Assembly: GCA_045631625.1 (NCBI GenBank)
Contig: JAZQVG010000167.1
Span: 1 to 48,277 of the forward strand
DNA: 48,277 nucleotides
Direction of reading: 5' to 3'
Source of the DNA: Christensenellaceae bacterium
GTDB lineage: Bacteria > Bacillota > Clostridia > Christensenellales > Borkfalkiaceae
Shown here: piece after piece, positions 6,717 to 17,034 of the stretch
Layout: every line of letters begins with the position of its first letter
How positions within the stretch are numbered: position 1 is the first letter of the stretch
Notes under the pieces: model-generated
Databases searched by the model: none
Told to the model about the DNA's origin: nothing
Seen by the model: the letters and a program-made list of their open reading frames with translations, nothing else
Program-made: the position numbers and the translations under genes

Positions 6717-7250
6717 TTACACCCCATAAACACTGTAATCCCACGATACTAATTTTCTTGATGGAACAATTGTATAAATACCATCTTCAGCCTCAAGTTC
6801 ACTTAGTACATCGCCATCATCTTGAAATTTAACATTTCCAATTATTGAAAAATAATTGGAACGAGGAATGAAAAACTCTTCTTGGTCTTCATCATAGATA
6901 ACAATTTTGGCAGAAGTAGTTGAGTAAAAAATAAATTGTTCTTCATAACCTTCTTCAATTTTTGCTTCTACAATATGATAATATATTTTTAAATTATCAC
7001 TTGAACCGCCTGAACCTTGCGGAATAGAATAAATAGTCTTGTCAATTTTAATTTTATTTAAAATAGATGTTGCAGTTCCGCTTGGATTAGCCTCAACAGT
7101 AGTTCCACCTCCACTACCGCCATTTTCGTTTAACCATAAAACGCCTTTAACAATGGAGTTTATATCATTAGGTGCTAAACCTTGTCCGTTGGTAAATTCA
7201 TTACCGCCATTTATATCGGTAGCAACTAACTTTTTCGTACTAAAAGCCAT
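6717..7250 (-). CDS. short tail fibre / receptor-binding tip protein
   Basis: 177 aa with AAGGAG RBS. An N-terminal ATDINGGNEFTNGQGLAPNDINSIV fibre-type motif and a GGSGGG linker precede a C-terminal domain. That domain has FYSTTS, resembling FYSTSQS in the 22236-23717 product. Confidence 0.55.
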   Translation of the reverse strand: MAFSTKKLVATDINGGNEFTNGQGLAPNDINSIVKGVLWLNENGGSGGGTTVEANPSGTATSILNKIKIDKTIYSIPQGSGGSSDNLKIYYHIVEAKIEEGYEEQFIFYSTTSAKIVIYDEDQEEFFIPRSNYFSIIGNVKFQDDGDVLSELEAEDGIYTIVPSRKLVSWDYSVYGV

Positions 7251-7264
7251 AATCTATCTCCTTA

Positions 7265-8512
7265 TTATTTTTCTTGCAAAGTTAAATCTTGCCAAGCAAC
7301 ACCTTGTGCGTGAATATTTGTCGCAAGAACCTTAAAAATTTTGTCGTTGCCGTCTTTATAATTCGACATTGCCTTATCCCCAACATTTGTATAAACCATA
7401 GGGATAACTTCGTCACCAACTTCAAAAATTCTTTTATCTCCGCTTGGTGAAATCACAACATTTCCGCTTTGGTCTTTGTACTCGCCCAAAGAACACCTTA
7501 TTGTAGCCGTTTCTTTGCCGTTTTGAAAGGCGTTTAAAGTATTTTCATATAAATACTCAACCGCACTAACTTCACCGCTTGTAGCCGTGTTTAATCGGTT
7601 TGTAGTTTGCATTAACTCATTTCCGTCAAACGATAAAGGTTTGTTGCCTTCTTCTATTGTTATTGTTTTGTCGGTTAAGTCTATGCCTATTGTGTTGCCA
7701 TAAGCAGTAAATGTTATTTGTTCCGCTTTATATTCTTCATAAATGCCCTCAAGTGGGATTGTGGTTGTTTGTGCGGTTGCTGTGCTTGATGTTTTGCCTT
7801 TCAAAGAAACGCTTTTTATATAACATAAAATATATACGTTAATTGTTATATTTTTATCTTCATCGCTATAATTATTTATAGTATAAGAACTTTCATTAGA
7901 AAGACCTACAACTTTTGCCTTTAAATTAGGGCTTATAGACGGATTTATTTCTTCAACTATTATAGGCAAGTCGGGTAGATTTAAAATTCCGTCTTTTTGA
8001 GATTGAGTTCCGCTAAAAACAATTTCCGACATCGAAGAATTATTACCAAAACTTTCGTTTAATTTAGATGTAACGCTTGAAGAAACATTTTGAGTTGTAT
8101 ATCTACCCTCTAAAGAATAAGATAATACATCTTTAGGTTTTTTTTCTCCATTTTGTTCTTCTTCGCCGTTATATAATTTATTGATAAATTTATTGTCTTT
8201 ATATCTTGGAATTGTTATTTTAGTATTAAAATATTTAACATCGTTATCTAAATAAGCACAAGAATAAAAAAAACCTGTTATTGTTCCGTTACTTGAAGTA
8301 GATGGGGTAGCAACGAAATCTTTTTTATTTGAGTTTGATTTTGTTGTTGTTAATGAATAATCTATTGATATTGCTTCATTATAAACAGGTGTTTCATACT
8401 CATTATTAGGTGTAACTTCGTTAACGGCAACTTCTACCTTATCCACAAGGTTATCCCTAACTTTAGGGTTTTGTATCTTGTAAATGCTTCTACTTGGAAT
8501 AATAATTGCCAT
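7265..8512 (-). CDS. baseplate / tail-tip structural protein
   Basis: 415 aa. Its start is translationally coupled (ATG overlaps the stop of the 8512-9654 gene). Its position between the Tal-like and fibre genes supports the call. S/T/N-rich. Confidence 0.5.
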   Translation of the reverse strand: MAIIIPSRSIYKIQNPKVRDNLVDKVEVAVNEVTPNNEYETPVYNEAISIDYSLTTTKSNSNKKDFVATPSTSSNGTITGFFYSCAYLDNDVKYFNTKITIPRYKDNKFINKLYNGEEEQNGEKKPKDVLSYSLEGRYTTQNVSSSVTSKLNESFGNNSSMSEIVFSGTQSQKDGILNLPDLPIIVEEINPSISPNLKAKVVGLSNESSYTINNYSDEDKNITINVYILCYIKSVSLKGKTSSTATAQTTTIPLEGIYEEYKAEQITFTAYGNTIGIDLTDKTITIEEGNKPLSFDGNELMQTTNRLNTATSGEVSAVEYLYENTLNAFQNGKETATIRCSLGEYKDQSGNVVISPSGDKRIFEVGDEVIPMVYTNVGDKAMSNYKDGNDKIFKVLATNIHAQGVAWQDLTLQEK

Positions 8513-9654
8513 TAGTTGCCACCCCTATAAACAAATGTCGTTTTCCCGTTATCTAACTTATAAATGTGTGCTTGTGCTACTTGACACATTTTAGTCCATT
8601 GTTGCCATAAACTACCGCTTTTCAACATTGGGTATCTTATAGTGTAATTTGATAAAATATTTTTAGTTGTAGTATCAAGTTCTTCAAAAGCCAACATTTT
8701 ATATTTCGTTGGAGTTCTAGCACTATCGTGCAAATGTCTATAAAACCACTCTAAAGTGTATTGCGGTCTATTTTTTGCGTCATAACTGAACCCTTCAATG
8801 TTTATATCCTGCCATTCTTCAAGGTCGTCTTTGAGAGAAACGCTAACTTTTCTATTGTTGTTATCGTATTCCCAATTTGCCGTTGTAAATACGCCAATCA
8901 ATTCGCCGTCACTTTCAAAACTATCGTATAAAGAGTTTTTTAAATAAATGTTGCACTCTAAACCTTCTTTTAAAAGTAAGTCTTTTGCATATTGCAAAAT
9001 TTTACCATTGGTATCGTTAAATTCAATTTCGCTTGTATTTGATATAATACCAAAACTTGGAAGTTTGAAGTCCGCCCTATCGCTACTATTTCTTGAAATG
9101 CTTATAATGTTTCTACTATTTATTTCTATCGTTTCGCCACTATATATACCTTTTAAAACAAATGGACTATTAGGCTTGTTTAAACCAACAAAATATATTC
9201 TATATTTAGTAGGAACTTTATCCTCAAAAGGTTTTTCTATTGTTAAAGTAGAAGAAGTTACATTTATTGTTTTTATCTCATTATAATAACTATTATCATC
9301 AGCAAAACGAATTTGATAAGGGTGAATATCTTTTAAATTATCAAAAATAAAAGTTAAACTATTTATTTTATTTTGTGCAGTTATTTCTAACCACATATTT
9401 AAACTTTGATTATAACTATAATATCCGCTTGAATTTATTGTAGAAAAACTTAAATCACTTGATATAAAATAATCAACACTATCATATAAACAAGAACCGT
9501 CACCAAACTTACTTACGCCAAAAATAAACGGATTTTGATTTGTGTTTTTTACCGAAGTGATTTCAGAAGATATATTATTTCCATTAAATCCGTGATTAGC
9601 ATAAGTAAAACTATCTCCTTCTATTACATTTATTTTTGCGTTTATATTGTTCAT
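8512..9654 (-). CDS. tail-associated (Tal-like) baseplate protein
   Basis: 380 aa, immediately downstream of the Dit-like gene in the canonical TMP-Dit-Tal order. Confidence 0.5.
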   Translation of the reverse strand: MNNINAKINVIEGDSFTYANHGFNGNNISSEITSVKNTNQNPFIFGVSKFGDGSCLYDSVDYFISSDLSFSTINSSGYYSYNQSLNMWLEITAQNKINSLTFIFDNLKDIHPYQIRFADDNSYYNEIKTINVTSSTLTIEKPFEDKVPTKYRIYFVGLNKPNSPFVLKGIYSGETIEINSRNIISISRNSSDRADFKLPSFGIISNTSEIEFNDTNGKILQYAKDLLLKEGLECNIYLKNSLYDSFESDGELIGVFTTANWEYDNNNRKVSVSLKDDLEEWQDINIEGFSYDAKNRPQYTLEWFYRHLHDSARTPTKYKMLAFEELDTTTKNILSNYTIRYPMLKSGSLWQQWTKMCQVAQAHIYKLDNGKTTFVYRGGN

Positions 9655-9669
9655 AGTTTAAAATTCCAT

Positions 9670-10401
9670 TTAATAAATTTCGGCTATATAATTTATATTT
9701 TTAGAAGATATTTCCTTTCCCGTTATTAAAGTCGCTTGCAATTCAGTACCGTAAGTAAACCTATTATCTATACCTTCTCTTTTCCATCTAATTTGATAGT
9801 TTTCGTTGTTATTAACAACTATGTCTTTACCTACAACATACCAAGAATTTGGCTCTACTGTAATTGATTTTATTGGGTTTGAAGATATACCTTCTGTACC
9901 ATAATACTTGATTGTTATAAGTTCCACATCTACATTTGTTCCAATAAGTTCAATAGTATAATCTTGAACCCCAAGCACTTCTATAAATTTTTCGCCTTGA
10001 AGTTTTCTCGCCATTGCATAAAGTTTAGGCATTTGGTCGGGTGCAAAATACATTTTTTGAGTAATTGCTTGTCCGTCTAATACATTATAAGCGGTTACAA
10101 GAAATTCGTTTTTGGTTAACATTAAACGATATAATTCTCTATAATCTTCAATCGACATCATAGCAAAATTTACCTTGACTATAAAAGTAGTAAATGTCGC
10201 ATAATCGTCAAGATTGTCGATAACACCGCTTGCACTTCTTTCGGGTTGCTCAACATAAGTCTTTTCCCAATGCGAAGAAAATGTCTTGTACCCACTAAAT
10301 ATTTGTCCGTCTATAATCAACCTTTGTATATCGGTAGTGCCATATAAATCTTTCCTTAGCGATAAAGGTTCACTTAAAATATTTATTATCGAAGTTCCCA
10401 T
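9670..10401 (-). CDS. distal tail protein (Dit-like)
   Basis: 243 aa directly downstream of the tape measure gene. Call rests on size and position. Confidence 0.55.
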   Translation of the reverse strand: MGTSIINILSEPLSLRKDLYGTTDIQRLIIDGQIFSGYKTFSSHWEKTYVEQPERSASGVIDNLDDYATFTTFIVKVNFAMMSIEDYRELYRLMLTKNEFLVTAYNVLDGQAITQKMYFAPDQMPKLYAMARKLQGEKFIEVLGVQDYTIELIGTNVDVELITIKYYGTEGISSNPIKSITVEPNSWYVVGKDIVVNNNENYQIRWKREGIDNRFTYGTELQATLITGKEISSKNINYIAEIY

Positions 10402-10413
10402 ATAGCACCACCT

Positions 10414-12615
10414 TTATATATTAGCAAAGCCTAAACCTTGCTTTTTAGCCGTCTTTCTAACGGCAGTAAATACTTCTTGTTCGCCAATTTTAACTATGAT
10501 TGGTTGTTCTACCGTAGAGCCACCATTTAAGTCGCTACGAGCCGATAAAGCGTTATAAACACCTTTTGCTACCGCAACTTCCATTATGTCGCTCATTTGC
10601 GTATCGTTTACTATCGCACTAGAGCCTGCCGCTTTGCCTACCCACTCACGCTTTCCGTTTTCGTGTGTCATTATTAGGTTGGCGTTTGTGTAACCACCAA
10701 ATGAATGTGCGGAATATGATATTGGCTTTCCCATATCCTTTTTTACTGTTGCAACTGAAGCAATAATTGCAGATATTCCCGCAACAATACCAGCAGTTGC
10801 AAAACCTAAAGACCAAGCACTATGAAAAGCACCGAAAGCCATTGCCAAACCTAAAATTGCAGTAGTAGCAACACCTATAATACCTACAATTTTTTGCCAA
10901 TTACTCATATCGCTCCAATTTGATATAATAGCAAATGCCCCTAATACAGCAGAGCCTAAACCTATAAATGCAAAAGATAACCCTAAAATTCCTTTTAATA
11001 AACTTCCTCTTGCTAAAGTATTAACTAGGATTGCTTGAATTAAAAATTTACCTAATCCTTGCCAAGCAAGCAATATTGCGTTTTTATGTAAATAAATAAA
11101 TGCACCAGCAAGTAAAACCCCAATAGTTCCTGCAAGAATAGTAGCACCTGTATCGCCTTTTTGTATTGCTTCATACATTTTAACAAAAGCATATATAGCA
11201 CCACCTATTAAGGCTATATTTAACAATAATGTTGCATTTTTAAGAGTAAAAAGTGATTTAACAAGACTTAAAACACTATCAACCACTTTTAATCCAATAA
11301 TACTACCTAAAGAAATCAAAGCCGAACCAATTAATTTTGCATTATCAGTCCAAATAGGCATACCATCTTTAAAAAGAACATTGCCTTCTTCATCTACTTC
11401 TAAAAGAAAACCAACTATATTTTTAGAAAAATTTACTGCTCTATTATTTATGTCATCTAAAGCCTTTCCTAATGTGTCCTCATAAATACCTGCTTGTTCC
11501 AATAAAAGTTGATTTAATGCTTCGGTTGTTGCAAGAGTTGAATTTGAACTTCCACCTTGTTGCAATACATTAAATTTATCAAAACTTGCAAGTTTGCCTT
11601 GAAGTTTATCCAATTCTTCGTTTGCATTTTCTGCACCTTCGGTAATACCTGTAAATTTAGGTGTTTTATCTTCGGTTGTTAAAGGTACAAATGCTCTAAT
11701 AACATTAGTAATACCAATAATAAAGCCATTGATATAAACCATTGCCTCGCTTAAAGGCTTATTTACTAAATCGCCAATAGCAAGCCTAAAGTTTGCCAAT
11801 GAACCTTGAAAAATTCTAAATTGCGATTGCAAGTTGTTGATTTCTCTTGCCATTGTGCCGAAACTATCTTTACCGCTTTGTAATGTGATAATCAAACGAG
11901 CAAGAACTTTGTCGCTTTGAGATAAGTTTCGTGCATTTACACCAAGTTGTCTTAATGCTTCGTTGGTTTCAAATAAAGCGTCTATTTGGTTTTGCGAAAT
12001 ATCAATACCATACGCCCTTAAAGGTCTAACATTACCACTAAATACACCACTTTGCAACTTTTCCATTGCTTGTTCAACTGTGGTATTAAATAAAGCGGAA
12101 AGGTCGTAACCTAATTTTGTTACGGTTTCCGAAACTAAATCGGCAGTATTACCAACTAAACCAAGCGAAGTTGACAATTCACGGAAAGTACCTGCGAATT
12201 TGATAACTTCGTTATTTGCTAAACCATACGCTTCCGCAATACCTAACGCCCAATCTAATTGTTGTTGATAAGTTTCGCCATAAGCAACCGCAAACAAGTT
12301 AAGGTTTTCTATGTAGTTCGCACTTTCTTTAATTGCACCACCCATAAAGTGTGCAAGTTTTCTCGCTACTACAACTACCGAAGTTAGTTTTGCAAGATAA
12401 GAGCCAAGTGCTTTTGTATTCTTCTTAACTTGTTTTTCTTCTTTAGGGTCACCAACATTTGTAGTAGAAGAACCACCTTTTGTGGGTAATTTTTTACCTT
12501 CAAGTTTGTATATATATTCTAATTTTTCAATTATTTTATCTAAACGAGAAACGGCAGTTTTATAACTTTTCTCACCGACATTTATCTCAAAACCTAAATT
12601 TACAAAATCGGGCAT
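10414..12615 (-). CDS. tail tape measure protein
   Basis: 733 aa, the longest ORF in the tail module. The N-terminal half is helical and the C-terminal half has several Gly/Ala-rich hydrophobic segments. It is preceded by two chaperone-sized ORFs and the tail tube gene. Confidence 0.8.
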   Translation of the reverse strand: MPDFVNLGFEINVGEKSYKTAVSRLDKIIEKLEYIYKLEGKKLPTKGGSSTTNVGDPKEEKQVKKNTKALGSYLAKLTSVVVVARKLAHFMGGAIKESANYIENLNLFAVAYGETYQQQLDWALGIAEAYGLANNEVIKFAGTFRELSTSLGLVGNTADLVSETVTKLGYDLSALFNTTVEQAMEKLQSGVFSGNVRPLRAYGIDISQNQIDALFETNEALRQLGVNARNLSQSDKVLARLIITLQSGKDSFGTMAREINNLQSQFRIFQGSLANFRLAIGDLVNKPLSEAMVYINGFIIGITNVIRAFVPLTTEDKTPKFTGITEGAENANEELDKLQGKLASFDKFNVLQQGGSSNSTLATTEALNQLLLEQAGIYEDTLGKALDDINNRAVNFSKNIVGFLLEVDEEGNVLFKDGMPIWTDNAKLIGSALISLGSIIGLKVVDSVLSLVKSLFTLKNATLLLNIALIGGAIYAFVKMYEAIQKGDTGATILAGTIGVLLAGAFIYLHKNAILLAWQGLGKFLIQAILVNTLARGSLLKGILGLSFAFIGLGSAVLGAFAIISNWSDMSNWQKIVGIIGVATTAILGLAMAFGAFHSAWSLGFATAGIVAGISAIIASVATVKKDMGKPISYSAHSFGGYTNANLIMTHENGKREWVGKAAGSSAIVNDTQMSDIMEVAVAKGVYNALSARSDLNGGSTVEQPIIVKIGEQEVFTAVRKTAKKQGLGFANI

Positions 12616-12637
12616 ATTACCGTTCTCCTTTCATTTT

Positions 12638-12946
12638 CTACTTAAAATTTGCATTTATCTTGGCAACCATAATCTCAAACTTTTCTTTCATAGTTAATTG
12701 CTTTTCTTTTTCTTTTGCAAAGAATAAAGGTTTGTCGGGGAATTTTATAGTTTTTTCTAATAAACTACCTATCGCCAACCTTGAATAAAAAGCCGATTGC
12801 CAATTTAAAATATCTTTTTCTTTTAAACTATCAAAATAACTATCTTGATAGTCGTAATATAATTGTGGGTCATCACACCAAAATTGTTCATAAGTCATAC
12901 CATACTTAATGCTTTCTTTAAATTGAGTTTTAAAGACTTCAAGCAT
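12638..12946 (-). CDS. tail assembly chaperone-position protein 2
   Basis: 102 aa between the first chaperone-like ORF and the TMP. No overlap or slippery site links it to the upstream ORF. Confidence 0.45.
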   Translation of the reverse strand: MLEVFKTQFKESIKYGMTYEQFWCDDPQLYYDYQDSYFDSLKEKDILNWQSAFYSRLAIGSLLEKTIKFPDKPLFFAKEKEKQLTMKEKFEIMVAKINANFK

Positions 12947-12978
12947 AGTATAATCTTTTTTAGGTGTAGAACAATCGT

Positions 12979-13407
12979 TTAGATTACTCTCCTCACCATT
13001 TTCTTCTTCGGTGTTTCTCCCACTTGGGTAAAATTTGCCGTTAATTCCTTACAAAGTTCGGCTACTTCTTCTTCGCCATATTCCTTAATTGCAAGGTCGA
13101 GTAATTGATTTGATTTCTCAACACTCATTTTAGGATAATTTTTCACAAGACTTGCAAAAAAGATTTTTTCTTGCTCAATCATTGTGATTTGTTTAAGAAG
13201 CGTAACGTCATTTTCTAAAATAATTTCCGCTACACTTAATGCAACTTCTTGTTCGTTTGCACCTTTAGCACCTTTAGAACGAGAAAGTTGACCGAGTTTT
13301 GTTTGAATTGCCGAATATTCGGGGTCTTGTAATACATACTTTCTATAATTTTCTCTATTTAAGTCGAAAGTGTATTCCTTTTCATTGATTGTGATTGCGA
13401 TTGCCAT
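12979..13407 (-). CDS. tail assembly chaperone
   Basis: 142 aa, acidic, directly after the tail tube gene. The N-terminus MAIAITINEKEYTFDLNRENYRKY is typical of TAC proteins of Gram-positive siphoviruses. Confidence 0.55.
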   Translation of the reverse strand: MAIAITINEKEYTFDLNRENYRKYVLQDPEYSAIQTKLGQLSRSKGAKGANEQEVALSVAEIILENDVTLLKQITMIEQEKIFFASLVKNYPKMSVEKSNQLLDLAIKEYGEEEVAELCKELTANFTQVGETPKKKMVRRVI

Positions 13408-13438
13408 ATTTTTTTGTTGCTCCTTATTATTTTAAATT

Positions 13439-13900
13439 TTAAGTTCCGCTATATTGAGTAGTTGAAAAAGTAACTGAACTTCCTGATTTAACTACTTTAT
13501 TTGTAGCCGAAATAGAAGTTCTCATTTCTCTTGGCGAATTTACTCCACCACCTGTAACCCAACAAGCAATTTGACCTTCCCAAGTAAATATACCATATTC
13601 ACCTGTGTCACCAAAAGAAACACAAAACTTTCTAATAGTACCATCGGCTAATGAACTTACTAAATCATAATCCGCAGGGATATAGTTTGAAGAAAATTCT
13701 AAAGCCGACATAGTTTGAACACCTAAAAGAAATTTTTGAACGTCATCATCAAGGTCAGTAATTTCTACTTGGTCGGGTGCTCCACCTAAATCGGGAAAGT
13801 CCTTAATAGGAATAAGTTTTTTATATGCAGTTCCATCAGTTGAAATACCGAGATAAGTACCTATTGTCGTACTTGGCATTTTTGATACATCAGTTGCCAT
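13439..13900 (-). CDS. major tail (tube) protein
   Basis: 153 aa. The pattern IPIKDFPDLGGAPDQVEITDLDD...LEFSSNY resembles TP901-1/phi13-type major tail proteins. It lies upstream of the chaperones and the TMP. Confidence 0.7.
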   Translation of the reverse strand: MATDVSKMPSTTIGTYLGISTDGTAYKKLIPIKDFPDLGGAPDQVEITDLDDDVQKFLLGVQTMSALEFSSNYIPADYDLVSSLADGTIRKFCVSFGDTGEYGIFTWEGQIACWVTGGGVNSPREMRTSISATNKVVKSGSSVTFSTTQYSGT

Positions 13901-13913
13901 ATTTTAATCTCCT

Positions 13914-14351
13914 TTAATTAGAATAAATAATTTTGTTTATGTGGTCGTAAGTGAAACGGAAAGTAACATTTCTTCTAAATACATCGGTTCTAAAAGGAAC
14001 TGCACTATTCCTTGTCACTACGAAATTGCTATATTTTTCAAGAATACCTTTAATAAGAATTTGCGAAAGTTTAATAACGCTATCGTCAAGAGAAAAATTT
14101 TCAAGTTCGTTAGAGTATAGATTACAATTAAGAGAAAGGTTAATGTATTGATAAGTGCCACTACTATCGGCATATCTTTCCGCCGAAGTTGGCTCTAATA
14201 TATTCACTACACAAGACGGAAAACTCGCTTCTTGGCTAAATCTTTTATCAACATACACTTCACTCTCAAGCACATCGTATGCTTGATTGTAGATTTCTTG
14301 TATGTCTTTAATAAAACTATCTCTTAATTCTATTTCATTAAATTCAACCAT
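13914..14351 (-). CDS. tail terminator / head-tail joining protein (by position)
   Basis: 145 aa between the gp10-like ORF and the tail tube gene. Confidence 0.4.
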   Translation of the reverse strand: MVEFNEIELRDSFIKDIQEIYNQAYDVLESEVYVDKRFSQEASFPSCVVNILEPTSAERYADSSGTYQYINLSLNCNLYSNELENFSLDDSVIKLSQILIKGILEKYSNFVVTRNSAVPFRTDVFRRNVTFRFTYDHINKIIYSN

Positions 14352-14871
14352 TTGCTTGTTCCTTTAAAATTTCGTTTAAAAATTCTTTAGCCTTTTGTTG
14401 AGCATTGTACATAAAGTTAACACCTTGTACACCTTCGGTTTCATAAAATTGACCGTCTAAACCCATATACCACCAAGCGTAAGTATGACCGTTAATATTA
14501 TATTCCCAATCAAAATACTCGTGATTGTGTTTAGGGTTATTTTGACCTGTAATACCAAAACCAAACTCAATAAAAAATGCGGGGTTTACAAATGTTCCGT
14601 CATTCATTTGATATTTTGGCAAATTATCACCGATAGAAATTCTAACCGCTTTTTCGCTTAAAGGTGTAATAGTAAAATCAACACTTGATATATTTTCAAG
14701 AGAACCTTTTTCCGCCCATTGTAAACGATTGACTTCTATTTCGTTTTTCATAAACTCAATCATTTTTTGAGCAAGTTTTTCGGCTACACTATCAAGTACA
14801 ACTTTAAAGTTTTCAACCTTTTTGCGATAATTCTCTAAAAATTGCTTAATGTTAGACTTTACAGTAATCAT
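14344..14871 (-). CDS. HK97 gp10-like head-tail joining protein
   Basis: 175 aa. The FIEFGFG motif resembles the vEFGT motif of the gp10 family. It overlaps its neighbours by 4-8 nt (coupled translation). Confidence 0.4.
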   Translation of the reverse strand: MITVKSNIKQFLENYRKKVENFKVVLDSVAEKLAQKMIEFMKNEIEVNRLQWAEKGSLENISSVDFTITPLSEKAVRISIGDNLPKYQMNDGTFVNPAFFIEFGFGITGQNNPKHNHEYFDWEYNINGHTYAWWYMGLDGQFYETEGVQGVNFMYNAQQKAKEFLNEILKEQANG

Positions 14872-15431
14872 TTAAAAGTAAACCTATATGACTTGTCAAG
14901 CCTTTCCTTTTTTACGAACTGAATTAAATTCATAGTGCTTTCGCTTCCGTTAGGTTTTGTAAACCAAATTTTCGTGCTTGGATTTATAGGCAAATACTTA
15001 TTCAATGGTACTATTGCCGTTAAAGTGTCTTTGTCGAAATCAACCTTAACTTGATAGATTTTACCACCATATTCATAATACAACGATTTGGTGTTATTTG
15101 TCAAGGAATTACAATATAAAATTATATTTCCGTCAATAATATCGCCAAGCCTTTCTATTTTGTAGTCCATATTGCTTTTTTTAGCATTAGGCTCAACATC
15201 AACCCACAATAACGATTGCTCGTCTATAAATTGAGTGTTTGCACCATAAGGCACAAGTATCAACCTATCGTAGTCGGGTATAATACCCACGTTTTCTCTC
15301 AAAATCAAAGACTTCACATCTTCGGTTTGAGCATAAATCTTAATAGGTTCGGCATAACCAATCTTGTCGCCTTCATTACCTAAAGCATAAGCCACAAAAA
15401 TAGGTTTCAATAATGAAGTTTGCATTACCAT
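14868..15431 (-). CDS. head-tail connector-region protein
   Basis: 187 aa. It is translationally coupled on both sides and sits within the connector block. Confidence 0.4.
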   Translation of the reverse strand: MVMQTSLLKPIFVAYALGNEGDKIGYAEPIKIYAQTEDVKSLILRENVGIIPDYDRLILVPYGANTQFIDEQSLLWVDVEPNAKKSNMDYKIERLGDIIDGNIILYCNSLTNNTKSLYYEYGGKIYQVKVDFDKDTLTAIVPLNKYLPINPSTKIWFTKPNGSESTMNLIQFVKKERLDKSYRFTFK

Positions 15432-15769
15432 TATATCACCTGCTTATAAGTACCTTTAAGTGTGTTTTCGGGCGTTACTTTCATTGTAGCCCTTACACCA
15501 CCACTACTATAATCGACAAATAAATCTCTACCATTTGCTTGGTATTTTTCTTTCACGAATAACACAAGCCCACTATCGTATTCTTGTGTCAAAAAAGCAC
15601 TATCGTCTTTAATCTTTCTCCATTTCTTTAAAATAGATATTCCTTCTTCTAAATAATCGGAAAGGACAAGCGTTAATTCTTGAATTTCCGAACCCGACAT
15701 ATTATTGCGATAAGAAATTTGCCTTTTCGCTTTGTCTAATATGCTATCTTTCCACTCTTGGATTTCCAT
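15431..15769 (-). CDS. head-tail connector (gp6-like adaptor, by size and position)
   Basis: 112 aa, downstream of the capsid gene and a small ORF. Confidence 0.4.
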   Translation of the reverse strand: MEIQEWKDSILDKAKRQISYRNNMSGSEIQELTLVLSDYLEEGISILKKWRKIKDDSAFLTQEYDSGLVLFVKEKYQANGRDLFVDYSSGGVRATMKVTPENTLKGTYKQVI

Positions 15770-15786
15770 TTGCCCTTTCTCCTTTT

Positions 15787-16020
15787 TTAGACTTTAAATT
15801 TTGGTTGCGTAGCACTTGGTTGTGCTACTGTTTGCTTTGTAGGTTCAACTATTGTTTTAGGCTTTGTAACGGTCACAACTCCTTCTTGTTTATATCCACA
15901 CGCTACCATTTCTTTGCCAACTTTCTCGTCAACATTAGCAACGCCGTTAACAAATGAAATCATTTTACCGTATTTACTTACCCAAAACATTGTTTCGCCG
16001 TTTTTTGACCTAATTTTCAT
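15787..16020 (-). CDS. small protein after capsid gene (possible head decoration or unknown)
   Basis: 77 aa with an RBS. It has a Pro/Thr/Gln-rich tail. Confidence 0.45.
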   Translation of the reverse strand: MKIRSKNGETMFWVSKYGKMISFVNGVANVDEKVGKEMVACGYKQEGVVTVTKPKTIVEPTKQTVAQPSATQPKFKV

Positions 16021-16041
16021 AGTTTGCTCCTTTATTAGTTA

Positions 16042-17007
16042 TTAAGCACCTGCAGTAAATTTAATGTGCGACCATTCTGCACCAAAGTCAATACCTGCTT
16101 GACCATAGAGTTGACCTTGTTCAGCCGCACCTGTTTTTGCAAGGGCTTCATAGAACCAACAACCTTTGCCTTGAACATCAAGTTCAGCGATTGCTAATTC
16201 GTTCATATTAAGTAAAAGAACTGTGCCTTGTGGTATCATAACATCGTAATCAACTCTTACTGTACCAAAGTTAGTTAAAATGTTAGTGATTGCTTCACCA
16301 CCTTCAGTTCTACTTGCAGGTAAACCAAAGCCGTTAGCACTTGTATATTGTTCATTGATAAGTGCTAAATCCGCAGGGTTAACCCAAATTTCGTGAGAAC
16401 CATCAGCAAATGAGAAACCATTAGCCATAGCACTTACGATTGCTCCATTAAGACCGTCTTTAGTAAATGCACTACCAACAGCATTGGATTTAATACCTTC
16501 AATGATACCACCCGATTTAGCCGCAACCGCACTCGTTGTTGCTTCCGCTTTCTTACCATTGATAAGAGTGTAGTTAAGGTCTTTTTTCATTTTAGCCATT
16601 TTACCTGCAACTTGGAAATCAAGTTCATCGTTTACATTGCTATATTGACCTGCAACATTGATACCTGCCATATTGCCTACTGCACTTTGTTTTAAGTAAG
16701 AAACTGCGATTGCTTCTTGGAAAATTTGGATAAAGTTTTTCTCTTGGCTTCTTGTGATTGGGTCGCCAATAACTGCGTTTACTGACGCTTGTTCACTAAT
16801 GCTTGGTTGAGAACCATCGCCAATAGCGAAACCCGAAGCAAGTGCAAATTCAGTAGAACTTACTTTTCTTACACCTGTTGATACAACACCATCACCAAAT
16901 TTTCTACCACGAGAAAATACTGCGTCAAGAAGTCTTGTATCGTTGTTTGATTTTGCTTTTAAAAGACCGCTATAATTTAACACGGTATCGGTATAAGCAA
17001 CTGCCAT
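16042..17007 (-). CDS. major capsid protein
   Basis: 321 aa directly after the scaffold-like gene in the portal-scaffold-capsid order. It is Ala/Gly-rich with highly biased codon use, as expected for an abundant protein. I recognised no family-specific motif by eye. Confidence 0.65.
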   Translation of the reverse strand: MAVAYTDTVLNYSGLLKAKSNNDTRLLDAVFSRGRKFGDGVVSTGVRKVSSTEFALASGFAIGDGSQPSISEQASVNAVIGDPITRSQEKNFIQIFQEAIAVSYLKQSAVGNMAGINVAGQYSNVNDELDFQVAGKMAKMKKDLNYTLINGKKAEATTSAVAAKSGGIIEGIKSNAVGSAFTKDGLNGAIVSAMANGFSFADGSHEIWVNPADLALINEQYTSANGFGLPASRTEGGEAITNILTNFGTVRVDYDVMIPQGTVLLLNMNELAIAELDVQGKGCWFYEALAKTGAAEQGQLYGQAGIDFGAEWSHIKFTAGA

Positions 17008-17034
17008 AATTTTTTAATCTCCTTTAATATAAAT

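Noticed and set aside
12947-12978. Possible programmed frameshift joining the two chaperone-position ORFs upstream of the tape measure gene
   Set aside because: The ORFs do not overlap. The only slippery-looking run (AAAAAAG on the minus strand) lies after the stop codon of the upstream ORF, so a G/GT-type frameshift product cannot form here.
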